Below are positions 10,106 through 19,950 of a stretch of 64,000 bases of DNA, piece after piece (the stretch's first letter is position 1; every line of letters begins with the position of its first letter). A program made the translations under genes and the position numbers. Source of the stretch: Balanoglossus misakiensis (lineage: Eukaryota; Animalia; Hemichordata); contig JBECUI020000033.1 in assembly GCA_040954595.2 (NCBI GenBank), forward strand, positions 134,659-198,658, in the 5' to 3' direction. The notes below the pieces were generated by a model. It was not told where the DNA came from, made no database searches, and saw only the letters and a list, made by a program, of their open reading frames with translations.

Positions 10106-11509
10106 TCACAAATTGGCGCCAAGATGTTCCAGGGCCTTTAGGAGCACACGATCAAATTCCAGATCTACCACAGGAGGAGTATTCAGACGTCTTTCGCTTT
10201 CTCTTTTGACCAGAACCCGAAGATTTCTTTCTCCTATATCAATACCTTCACTTTTCAAGTCCAGGATGAATTGATTTACCTGAGGTTTTGTGGGCAGATT
10301 GTATTTATTGACAAAGTTTCCCACCCTGTTTTCCTGAAGAATCTTTGTGTAAGCTTCCATCTGATCATCTGTGAGTTCATCATTGATGATCACAATATCA
10401 GGATCGATGCCCTTGGTATCAATGTCACTCCCGTTGGGAGTGTAGTAACGTCCCATGGTCAATTTGATGGCCGCATCCCCCAGAGGAACCATCTGTTGGA
10501 TTGAACCTTTTCCGTACGAAGTCTCTCCAATAATGGTGGCCCTTTTCCTATCTTTAAGAGCTCCAGTGAGAATCTCCGAGGCCGAGGCCGACCCCTTGTC
10601 AATAAGAACAGCTATGGGGATTTCCTGAGGAACAAATTGGGAGGGATTTGCCCGATGAACCTCATTGTTTTTTTGGTTGCGATAACGTGTGGAGACAATC
10701 ACGCCTCCTGAGAAGAAAAGATCAGCAACATTGACTACCGAGGAAAGCAGCCCCCCAGGATTACCCCGGACATCAAGAATGAGTGAATCTATTCCTTTGT
10801 CAAAAAATTCTTTGAGAATTTCTTCTATTCGGATGGCTGTGTAAGGAGTAAATTCGATTATACGAATATACCCCACATTGTTTGCAATAAGGGTTTCTTT
10901 TGTGGTGGGAATTTCTATTTCCTCGCGTTTAAGGGTAATATCAAAAGTAATTCCCTTACCCCGCAGTAGGGTTACCGTGACCTCCGTTCCCGGCGGACCA
11001 CGCAGGCGATCTGAAACTTGCTGGGTAGAAAAGTTCTCTGCTGATTCTTTTTCGATGGCGTAGATGTAATCTCCAGCATTGATACCGACTCTCCATGAGG
11101 GGGTGTTTTCTATGGGGGTTACCACCTTCACATAGGGCAGTCGACCAAAAGGGTTTTCTGGATCGTAACGATCTTTGCTGATGTAAAGGCCTACACCGCC
11201 ATATTTTCCTTGGGTTGTGTCGTTTATCTGTTCCAGATAATGGCCATCAAGATATTGAGAGTAGGGATCGTTGAGACTTTCAAGAAGCCCATCCATAGCA
11301 CCCCTAAAGAGTAGTTCAGGATCTTGTTCATCAACATAATTAGCTTGAATAATGTTGAATGCCGCTTCCAGTTCCCGAATAAATCTATTAGAGCTCTTCT
11401 GAAAAGAGGATTGGGCAAATACAGTGGGGGCCAGAAGAATAACAACAAGTACCAAAAGAAGCGTTGCTACAATACTGACCCAAAGCCCTCTTTCTAGTTT
11501 TCTTTTCAC
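10106..11509 (-). CDS. ctpA: Carboxyl-terminal processing protease (S41, PDZ)
   Basis: LNDPYSQYL, GGVGL (PDZ), LDVRGNPGG, SASASEI and GETSYGKGSIQ motifs. Confidence 0.95.
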   Translation of the reverse strand: MKRKLERGLWVSIVATLLLVLVVILLAPTVFAQSSFQKSSNRFIRELEAAFNIIQANYVDEQDPELLFRGAMDGLLESLNDPYSQYLDGHYLEQINDTTQGKYGGVGLYISKDRYDPENPFGRLPYVKVVTPIENTPSWRVGINAGDYIYAIEKESAENFSTQQVSDRLRGPPGTEVTVTLLRGKGITFDITLKREEIEIPTTKETLIANNVGYIRIIEFTPYTAIRIEEILKEFFDKGIDSLILDVRGNPGGLLSSVVNVADLFFSGGVIVSTRYRNQKNNEVHRANPSQFVPQEIPIAVLIDKGSASASEILTGALKDRKRATIIGETSYGKGSIQQMVPLGDAAIKLTMGRYYTPNGSDIDTKGIDPDIVIINDELTDDQMEAYTKILQENRVGNFVNKYNLPTKPQVNQFILDLKSEGIDIGERNLRVLVKRESERRLNTPPVVDLEFDRVLLKALEHLGANL

Positions 11510-11694
11510 TTGTACAAACCCTCAACCCTATAATACCCTCATTCCTTTTATTGTTGTCAATCCCCCCCTGACTTGAACCTCCCCATGGACTAAACCGACA
11601 GGACCTAAGAGGACTAAATTTTTCAAGCGGCTTGTGCCCTCTACCTAGAAGCCAGGCTCAACCTGGAGGAAAAGGGTAGGGATTTTGTATTTAG

Positions 11695-12135
11695 TTAGGA
11701 GCACTCTGATAACCACTTGGACCCTTGGTTAGTATAATATTCTTTTTTCCATATGGGTACTCGGGATTTTATTTCGTCGATTATGTAATCCATGGCCTGC
11801 AGGGCCTGCTTTCTGTGGGGCGCAGCCACAAACACCAATAAGGCCAGGTCTCCCGGTATGAGCTTCCCTATACGATGTTGACAGAGGGCATTGCTGATAA
11901 GAAACTTATCCTGGGCCTCGCGGAGTATACGTCGTCCCTCTTCACAAGAAAAATTTTCATGACATTCATATTCCAATCGTTCCACTTCTTTTTCTTGGTT
12001 GAAACGACGCACCCGACCCTCAAAAATGAGAAAAGCACCATTTTGGTGTTCTGACTTTTCCTTAAGGTTGTTCAGTTCATAAAGATTAGAGACCTCCAAC
12101 CTGCCTTTTTGAACATAGAAATCAAAGGTCGACAT
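11695..12135 (-). CDS. moaE: Molybdopterin synthase catalytic subunit
   Basis: GAFLIFEGRVR, LEYE, HRIG.L..GD, HRKQA, K.RVPIWKKE. Confidence 0.95.
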   Translation of the reverse strand: MSTFDFYVQKGRLEVSNLYELNNLKEKSEHQNGAFLIFEGRVRRFNQEKEVERLEYECHENFSCEEGRRILREAQDKFLISNALCQHRIGKLIPGDLALLVFVAAPHRKQALQAMDYIIDEIKSRVPIWKKEYYTNQGSKWLSECS

Positions 12136-12374
12136 TAACCACCACCCACTGGAGGTATAAGGGCAATGGTAAGACCTTCTTCTACTTGGGTTTCTGGGGA
12201 TACAAAACTATTTTTAACAGCAAAGCGGACCAGTTGAGATGTCAGGGTAAAATGGTATTTTCGGCTCAGCTCTTCATAAAGTTCTTCTAGGGTTGAAGCT
12301 TCGGTTTCTATTGTTGTTTTTGCCATGCCGACCTGTTCTCGTAGTTCGGCAAAATATTCTAAAGTAACTCTCAT
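12135..12374 (-). CDS. moaD: Molybdopterin synthase sulfur carrier subunit
   Basis: YFAELRE, FAV.N, C-terminal IPPVGGG; TAATG overlap with moaE. Confidence 0.92.
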   Translation of the reverse strand: MRVTLEYFAELREQVGMAKTTIETEASTLEELYEELSRKYHFTLTSQLVRFAVKNSFVSPETQVEEGLTIALIPPVGGG

Positions 12375-12384
12375 GTCCCTTCCT

Positions 12385-12876
12385 TCATTCTGAGGCAACT
12401 TCATTGTAGTTTTTGGGGCCTTTCCTTTTTTCTATTAACAGGACGTTTTCTATGCGAATAGCGTGAGAAAGTGCCTTACACATATCGTACACGGTCAGAG
12501 CAGCAATGCTGGCACCGGTCAGGGCTTCCATTTCTACACCAGTCTTGTAGTAGGCATGTACCCGGCAGAAGATGTGCAGACGATTATTTCCGGCATCTTT
12601 TATTTCGATGTCAACATTTTCTATGGGAATGGTATGACACAGAGGGATAAGGTTTGAAGTCAGCTTTACAGCATTGATTCCAGCCAAAACTGCTGTTTGG
12701 AATACGGCTCCCTTTTTTAAAACCAGTTCCCCCTCGTTTAGTAGGGAATAGATTTCTTCAGGCAAATAGACCTGAGCCTTAGCCTCTGCCTCACGGTGGG
12801 TGTAAGGCTTTTCTCCTATATCAACCATTCGAACTCTGTTATCTTCAGTCAGATGACTAAGACTTCTTTTTTGCAA
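12385..12876 (-). CDS. moaC: Cyclic pyranopterin monophosphate synthase
   Basis: LSHL..RMVDIG.K, LIPLCH, KTGVEMEAL, YDMCKA; TTG start at 12876 after GGAGGA, just past the moaA stop. Confidence 0.93.
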   Translation of the reverse strand: MQKRSLSHLTEDNRVRMVDIGEKPYTHREAEAKAQVYLPEEIYSLLNEGELVLKKGAVFQTAVLAGINAVKLTSNLIPLCHTIPIENVDIEIKDAGNNRLHIFCRVHAYYKTGVEMEALTGASIAALTVYDMCKALSHAIRIENVLLIEKRKGPKNYNEVASE

Positions 12877-12877
12877 G

Positions 12878-13882
12878 TCATCCTCCCATCCGGTACATTG
12901 GAACCATTTCGTTGGAAGTATTTTTTCTGGATTCAGAACGTTGTTCTGAATAGCGATCACTTCGGTTTTTCCAAAAACTGCACAGAACTGCGGTAATTTC
13001 TTGATCATCTGCCCCTCCTCGTAGAAGAGGCTTCAATGCCAAGCCAGATTTAGCAAACAAGCAGGAATACAGTATCCCTGAGGCCGATAAGCGCACCCGA
13101 ACGCAATCTTGGCAAAAGGGATGACTTATGGATGAAATAAAACCGATTTCTCCCTGACCATCTTTGTAGCGGAAGCGTCTGGCTACTTCTCCCTTATAGG
13201 AAGATTCGAGAGGTTCAAGAGGATAAACCTGATGAATTTTTTTATAGAGGGAATCAGAAAAAATCACATGTTCCTCAGACCAGTTTTCTGTGCCGCCCAC
13301 ATCCATGTATTCAATGAAGCGCAGGATGAAGTGTGGTTTCCTGAAATATTCCACAAGCTTCATGAACTGGTCCTCATTTCTTTTCCGTTGGAGTACAGTG
13401 TTTATCTTTATAGGAGAGAATCCTACTTCCAGAGCTCTCTCTATCCCGGCTAGAACAGTGCTAATGGAAGCACGGCCTCCGGTCATTTTCCTGTAGACTA
13501 AAGGGTCAATGGCATCAATGCTTAGAGTTATGCGGTTAAGCCCTGCATCGTAGAGTCTTTTAGCCTGTTTCTGTAGCAGGGTACCGTTGGTAATAAGCGC
13601 TATGTCTCTTATTTCTGGTATGGCCTTCAAGCGAGCTACCAGGGAGGGCAGCCAAGGACGGAGCATGGGCTCTCCACCTGTTATTTTCACCTTTTCTACC
13701 CCCAGAGGAACCATAAGAGTAACCAACCGTTTTATTTCTTCGAAACTAAGAAGTTGGTTTTCTGACAAAAAACTGTAGCCTTTATTGGTTTGAGGCATGC
13801 AATAGGGACAACGGAAATTGCAGGAATCGGTTACCGATAGGCGGAGATCTTTCATGGGGCGGGAATAACGATCGCTTAACAT
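12878..13882 (-). CDS. moaA: GTP 3',8-cyclase (radical SAM)
   Basis: LRLSVTDSCNFRCPYCMP, TGGEP, C-terminal FCQDC.R.R...CLF cluster and MYRMGG end. Confidence 0.97.
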   Translation of the reverse strand: MLSDRYSRPMKDLRLSVTDSCNFRCPYCMPQTNKGYSFLSENQLLSFEEIKRLVTLMVPLGVEKVKITGGEPMLRPWLPSLVARLKAIPEIRDIALITNGTLLQKQAKRLYDAGLNRITLSIDAIDPLVYRKMTGGRASISTVLAGIERALEVGFSPIKINTVLQRKRNEDQFMKLVEYFRKPHFILRFIEYMDVGGTENWSEEHVIFSDSLYKKIHQVYPLEPLESSYKGEVARRFRYKDGQGEIGFISSISHPFCQDCVRVRLSASGILYSCLFAKSGLALKPLLRGGADDQEITAVLCSFWKNRSDRYSEQRSESRKNTSNEMVPMYRMGG

Positions 13883-14343
13883 AGTTTCTGGCTGATACTA
13901 CCATGCATCAAATCTTGGAGTCCAGTCTGAAAAGCAGGATTCCCGGAACTCCCATGTAGAATTCAGACCAAACTGTTTGTGATGCGAAGGCACAATTTGA
14001 GCGATTAAAACTAGTTTGGAGTCTCTTTGAATATATTGGGTTTATCTAAAATTCCTTGTTTCGATCTGATCCGGACTTCTTTCCATCCTTTAATCATATT
14101 CAACCACGATAAAATACAGACCTGTAGGAATTCAGGAACAAGGGATTAGCCATAAATACCCTAAGGCACCATTATTGACGCCTTGCCCCTTGGCTTGTTA
14201 GATCTCATAAAGGTTGGATTAGGGGGGTATTATCAAGGCTTTCCATGAAGCACAAGGGATCCTAGGAAAGTAAAGCCGCACCAAAAAATTGTAATAAAAT
14301 CTACCTAAGAAGGGGCTAAGATAAAGGTATGAAGGGCTGAGTC

Positions 14344-14373
14344 AAGAGGAGGGGGGGTCCCCCCCCCTCTTTT
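14344..14373 (-). terminator. Probable intrinsic terminator downstream of the FN3-like lipoprotein gene
   Basis: G/C-rich inverted repeat aagaggagggggggtccccccccctctttt. Confidence 0.6.
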
Positions 14374-14446
14374 CGGCCCTTCTTCCTTTTTTACACATTG
14401 ACAAAATATCTCTGTGGAAAGGTGACTCGTTAGACGATCTTTCCTC

Positions 14447-15805
14447 TTATGGGGCCACTGCTGTAAACCTGGCGCTGAGCACATTACCTGCATTATTAGA
14501 GGCCACAGCGTAAAAGCTATAAGTCGTAGAGGAAGTAAGACCAGATACCGAAGTTTCGGTGGTCATTATCCAACCGCTGTTGTCGGCAATAATAGCATCA
14601 TAATCAGCAGCATCCTCATCGACTGCCTTATAGGAATAAGCAACCGTCGCTGCTGGATCAGCACCTGTTACAGTCCCCGGAGTGATCGTGATCTCTCCAA
14701 CATTTGCAGACGCAGCCGCAGACGGTGCGGTCCCCCAAGTACCTGCAGCAGCAGCTTCAATCGTGGCATCGACCTTGGCAGAGAGAACTGAATCTACAAC
14801 GTTAATTAACAGACCGTAGATGGCATAACTCCCGCCAGCTCCATCCACTAGCATATAGGTATTGGCATCCTCTCCCGGCATGAGCACCGCCCAGCCTTTG
14901 TTACGTCAACAAGGTCAGCAGGATCCGTAACGTCCTCACCACCTTTCTTATAGTAGAAAGTAGCGTCGCTTCTGGATCACCCGCTAGGAATGTGGTACCC
15001 GGCGTAACGGTGATCGTTTAACTGACCTTTTACAGTAGTATCTGTTGCCGGAAAGTTCAAGCCATCCCACTGTGCTGCGGTACCTGCCCCAACCGCTGAA
15101 GTTAACTTATCGCTAAGAACCTTAGCTCCATCATTTGTGGCCACAGCATAAATAGTGTAATCATCCCCCATCGCCTGCCGCGAGAGTTACTGTAAGGTCG
15201 GTGAAGTGAGTCCAGCCTTTGGTTACGTCAACAAGGTCAGCAGGATCCGTAACGTCCTCACCATCTTTCTTATAATAGTAAGTAATTACCGGGGGCCGGG
15301 GTGCCATCAGCTGCTCCAGCTGTTACCGTGAACTCTAAAATATCACCAGTCGAGACTGTAGGCTGCGTGGTCCAACTTGGGTTAACACCTAGGGGCATTA
15401 CTTCAGCAGTAACCGCAGCACTGAGCACGTTACCAAGAGAATTCGAAGCCACACCGTAAATAGTATACATTCCAGGATCGAGATCTGTTACTGTCACGGT
15501 GAAGGCTGAACCTGTGTCATCCGCTACGCCAACAACTTCTGTCCATCCGTTATCAACAAAAGCATAATCTCCTGTATTAGGAGTGTCTGTTGGGGCTATT
15601 TGTAATAAAATTTTACAGACAGCGAAGTTCCCGCCAAATTGTTTACACTTATAACTAACTCACCAGCGGCGCTGGAAGTCGCCCCCAGCACATCTGTACC
15701 CTCTGGTGGGCCAGGCTGCACCAATAGTGGTTGTAGTCGTCACTACACAGGAGAGAGCTAACATACCTGCCAGCAAGCAACAACTAAAATTTGTACTGTT
15801 TTCAT
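14447..15805 (-). pseudogene. Surface lipoprotein with four FN3-like modules, split by several frameshifts (pseudogene or assembly indels)
   Basis: ATG 15805 after GGAGG; lipobox-like LALSC after an indel; fragments 15270-15497, 14977-15171 and 14447-14887 end in recurring Y.IY.VA.N..G.VLS modules; internal ~55-bp nucleotide repeat at 14892 and 15212. Confidence 0.7.
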
Positions 15806-15933
15806 ATAAAACCTCCATTCATATAAATAACCCCTTAATTCTGTTTTGTCAATACTTTTTTGCAACTTGACAACTTCTCAACACAAAGCACTCAAGATAT
15901 ACTGTCAACAGCATATCTTCCCGACTCGAGACC

Positions 15934-15967
15934 AATTATCATAATAGTGTAATTATCATAATAGTGT
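15934..15967. promoter_or_regulatory. Perfect 17-bp tandem direct repeat (aattatcataatagtgt x2) upstream of the lipoprotein gene; candidate regulator site
   Basis: Read directly; ~130 bp upstream of ATG 15805. Confidence 0.45.
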
Positions 15968-16882
15968 AAATTTTTTTTCCGTGTCAACTTCCATTCCACA
16001 ACTACGCTACTAGATGTGTTCCAGGTTGGAACAGCTTCTTCACAGGGCAAGTAGCACAATAACAATCAGAGTAGCAGCCACTACGAATTATGAAGCTTTT
16101 CTATAGAAGCTTCATCTCTATGGATAATACTTTATTTCTAAATTTACCAATACTTTCTTTATGATTTTTTGAAGTTATGTAAAATAAGCGGAGTTTGACA
16201 AACAATTCTCCACAATCTCAGCAAGGGAGTTAAAGTCTTATATTAAAAGTATTATATAAAAGGAGAAGAGTGCCTGAATACCTGAGGAACAATAGGGAGA
16301 ATTAGCCTTTCCCTTATTCCCAGTATTCTACTGAGGTTGAGCATTTTACTTCGTTAGTTTGTTTGCTTAAGGTTAGCTTGGAGACGGTAGAGTCTCGTCA
16401 AATAGTGTAATTCTACTGTTTCCGAATGCCCTTAAATACCTCACTCCATTTTTTTCTGCCGTCAACAAGTGTGTGTCCCTCTCTGTTTGAGTTGCCCCCT
16501 TGTGGCATTTCGACTCATATGCTAACAGTTGGTACTTGCCGCTCTTTTTGATAGCTTGGCCCATAAGAGCGCCGACTAATTGACTTGATTGCTGAAGTGT
16601 TCGGGCCAGTCTAAGGTCAGATGGGTTTCGCAATACTTGATTTCCTTGTTCAATCGTTAAAGAGGATTCCTATTCGAGGTTGACCATTACGGATCAGGGG
16701 CAACTCAACCTGACGATAGCGCTCCACTGTCCGATTGTTAAAAAGCACCAAACCCTAAGAGCCTGCCTAACAAGAGAATCCTGCTTTAGCTTCAGTTCAG
16801 TTGAAATGAGGTGTATCGCAATCCCCAAGCTGATTGAGTTCATCAGTCTGCTCTGGGATTGATTCAGGAATCAGCGCTTTGA

Positions 16883-17195
16883 TCATTTCCTTTTTTTGAA
16901 GAGCTTCGTGATTGTTTCCTTCATATTGATGACGCACTTGAAGATGATGACGTTGCGTGAGATGATGACGCACGTGAAGATTCCATTGGGCAGAATGAAC
17001 CAGGTAGAGTAACCACTCGATTGCGGATTGCCAAGTATATTATCTACCCCACCGTTCCAGCGTATTCCTAGGGATTTCTTCCCGCCCATTCCATTGCTGC
17101 CAGTGCCCAACTGCTTCCCTACCTCTACGAATGACTTTAAGGTCTTTTATTTTGTCCTTGGGGGAGCAGACTTCCTCAGGTTTTGTATAACACAT
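16883..17195 (-). pseudogene. Small conserved-hypothetical protein (SPKD..WALA.MEW..KKSLGIRWNG..GNPQS.G..TWFILP), frameshifted
   Basis: ATG 17195 after AAGGAG gives MCYTKPEEVCSPKDKIKDLKVI; indels near 17080-17120 connect it to the GIRWNG/GNPQS/TWFILP frame. Confidence 0.55.
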
Positions 17196-17841
17196 TGCAA
17201 TACTCCTTTGCGTTTAACAGTACGTGAATTGTTCACAGTATTAATAAGTGTACCATGTATATGTGCAGTCAAGGGATTAATGAAGATCTTTTCTGATTCG
17301 ACACATCCTCAGCGCTTTCTGTAATCTGGTAGAAAAAACAGGAGATTACCCTGAGCACAATACGAACCGTTACAGAAACACTGATCAGACAGGCCAAGGC
17401 CGACATCCATCCTGATCCCATGCTGTCCTTACTGATGATGATGTTGAAGTTCAGCGCACGCTCAGTGTCATTCAGTAGAGCCGAGAATCAGCAAAAACAA
17501 GTTTCGCCGCAGCCAAAGCCGTCTGATTGAAAAGGGCGAGGTCATTATGTCATTCGAGGAGTGTGCTTTTTTTGCGTCTCTATCATCTCGACTTTGAGTT
17601 GATCGTGCCTGTGGATCGTGAGATCGAGCTCCTCGAATTTCAAGAGTCGGTCTCCCGCTTTATCCAACACAACTCTGTTTTGACCATAAGTTAAGAATTG
17701 TTTTAATCGATTTCCTTGTAGAGAACGGTATCTGGAGGATTAACTTTCTGAAAGTTAATCTGTCTTTTCCTTTCGCTGCCCTTGGCTGCTTTTACAGGAG
17801 GGCTGTTTGTATAGATGGTTTTGGGTCGGGGGGGAGTGGTG

Positions 17842-18495
17842 TCACTCCCATTGGTATTGTGGGTGATAGGAGTCACCTCTACCAAGCATGTAAGACCATT
17901 TACAACAGATCAGTCTTAACTGGTAAAAAAGATTCTTCTGTTCGTTTGTCTCCCAAGAAAGAAACACTCGGGCTATGGGGAATTTTTTCCTGAGAGCTTT
18001 AAGAACGGTCAGAATTTCCATTAACTGAAGAATCAGATCTCGAAGGATGCGATAAGGCCCCACTCTTTGTTTAATCATTTTATGAACTTTCAAAACCAAT
18101 CCAACTGCTGCTGCACAATGCCTTTTGGCTAGTTCTTCCAACAGTACCCAGCCAATCTTGCAAAGTCGCAGTTTGAGAGTTCCTGGATTGGTTCCTAATT
18201 TCTGAGCCCATGTAGACAGGCTGATGTCCTTCTGGGCATAGGACAGGATGGAATCGTAGGGAATTTCTACCTTTTCATAATAGGAAACTAGAAAAGAGCT
18301 TGTAGAAAAAGATTTTTCACAAGAACAGCATAAGTAGTTCCAAACTATCCCATGTCTGTTGTTCTTTTTAGTTCCCCGGAATCTGAACCAATGGGGCCTC
18401 TGGGGACGAGCATGATTTACGCATTCCGAATAAGGACAGAATTCCGGCTCTGGTATTGCTTGTCTGCAATTTTTTTTTGCCTTGATACAAAACAT
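17842..18495 (-). CDS. IS1/IS1595-like transposase N-terminal region (Zn finger plus HTH) without a recognisable DDE domain
   Basis: CPYSECVNH...YLCCSCEKSFS Zn finger followed by HTH-like SLSTWAQKLGTNPGTLKLRL. Confidence 0.55.
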   Translation of the reverse strand: MFCIKAKKNCRQAIPEPEFCPYSECVNHARPQRPHWFRFRGTKKNNRHGIVWNYLCCSCEKSFSTSSFLVSYYEKVEIPYDSILSYAQKDISLSTWAQKLGTNPGTLKLRLCKIGWVLLEELAKRHCAAAVGLVLKVHKMIKQRVGPYRILRDLILQLMEILTVLKALRKKFPIARVFLSWETNEQKNLFYQLRLICCKWSYMLGRGDSYHPQYQWE

Positions 18496-19950
18496 AATAA
18501 GCTCCTAATTTTTAAATTTTATACAGAGGTACCTAGGGAAATAATTCAAATTCTGGCCAGGTTTCCGACTGGAGTTTGTTTAATTTGTATTTCCATAATG
18601 CTTAATGTGATGTCTTTGCTTGGGTTAAGGATTTATGGTCGATGCACCGAGGTTTGTTAGTTTACGGGAATGATCTGACTGCTGTCTTTTTCTAGTCTGA
18701 AGTGATTCTTATAAGAATACCTACAATAATACTTCAGAAAATATGCCTTAGTCCCGATAAGTAAAGGAAGGTAATTGCTGATAGGCAGTTCCTAGCTAAA
18801 CTTTGCCCGCAGGAAAAACGACGTCCCCAGTCCCCCCCCCCCGGGTATTTTTTTGTATCTAAAACTTCATGGACGGCTAGAACGAACAGCAGGGTATACA
18901 CTGTTTCAAGCTAGACACTCATTTCAGAAGCAGTCGGATAGTGCTTCTGAAATGAATCCAGAGAACTGTACAGGAAATAAATGGACTTTCATTCCAGTAC
19001 TACCACATTACTCAACATCTCCAGAAAATAAAGACCTTTAAGAGTCAATCTCGTGCTACGTACAATTTTGATTGCATCATGTAGGTGTTCACAACAATGT
19101 CTAGATGAGGGGATTAAATTTACAACAATTACACAAATCCAATCCTCTCTATTGAAATCTAACATTACCAAGATAGACTATTAGCTGAAAACATGGTCGG
19201 AGACTCTTTTCTTAGCTTTCCACCCGATGTATGGCCCCTCCTGGTACTTGCTTGCTGAGTTTAACCAGATTATCAGTGAACAGCTTGGAGTCACAGTAAT
19301 CAAAAACTTACCAAACTGCGAATTCCCAGAGGAGTATTTCCCCCAGGTTCCTGTCAGATTAAGGGAAAACGCAGTTAAAATAATCTACAATGAGCGAATT
19401 GCAACCGTTTATGCTGATAACGAGAGGTTATTTCAGCAGAACAGGAATAAAAAAACCAGACAATCACACTAGGGCCTAATCGCCTATGCCATCCTGCATA
19501 ACATTATTCACTCCTGGTCTACAGAACAATCCCTGAAATGGATGGAGAATATTGGAGAAGAGGTTAACTCCTTATTCCCTCTGACAAGTTAGCCTCATAG
19601 ATAACAGACATACAGATCCTGCGAGGGGGGCTTTCTGTCTCCCGTAAAGAAATACAAATCAGAAGATTTGTATTAGGACTGCAGGCGAGTTCTGAATTAT
19701 GGCCGTATCAGTTTCAGTGAGATAAAACTCTACCCTGAAGAAAAATACTTACAGGATACCTCGGAGAACTGCATGGAGAGTAATTGTGTTCTATAGACTG
19801 ACTTTATAGCGGAGATCTGCACATAGATTGTGAGGGTTCCCATTTTTTAAGCTTCTGCTTGTGTTTCCCCAGAATCTCTATCTGAATGCATTGGGATATA
19901 CAAACGAAGTAGAGAATTTTTTCAAGTAGGAGTCTTTATGTTCCATTCCT

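Noticed and set aside
13883-14300. Moco riboswitch upstream of moaA
   Set aside because: Could not recognise the conserved Moco RNA stems or motifs on the minus strand; an Rfam scan would be needed
19200-19260. Prephenate dehydrogenase remnant (FHPMYGP resembles HPMFGP)
   Set aside because: Single short motif with no Rossmann fold or other supporting similarity
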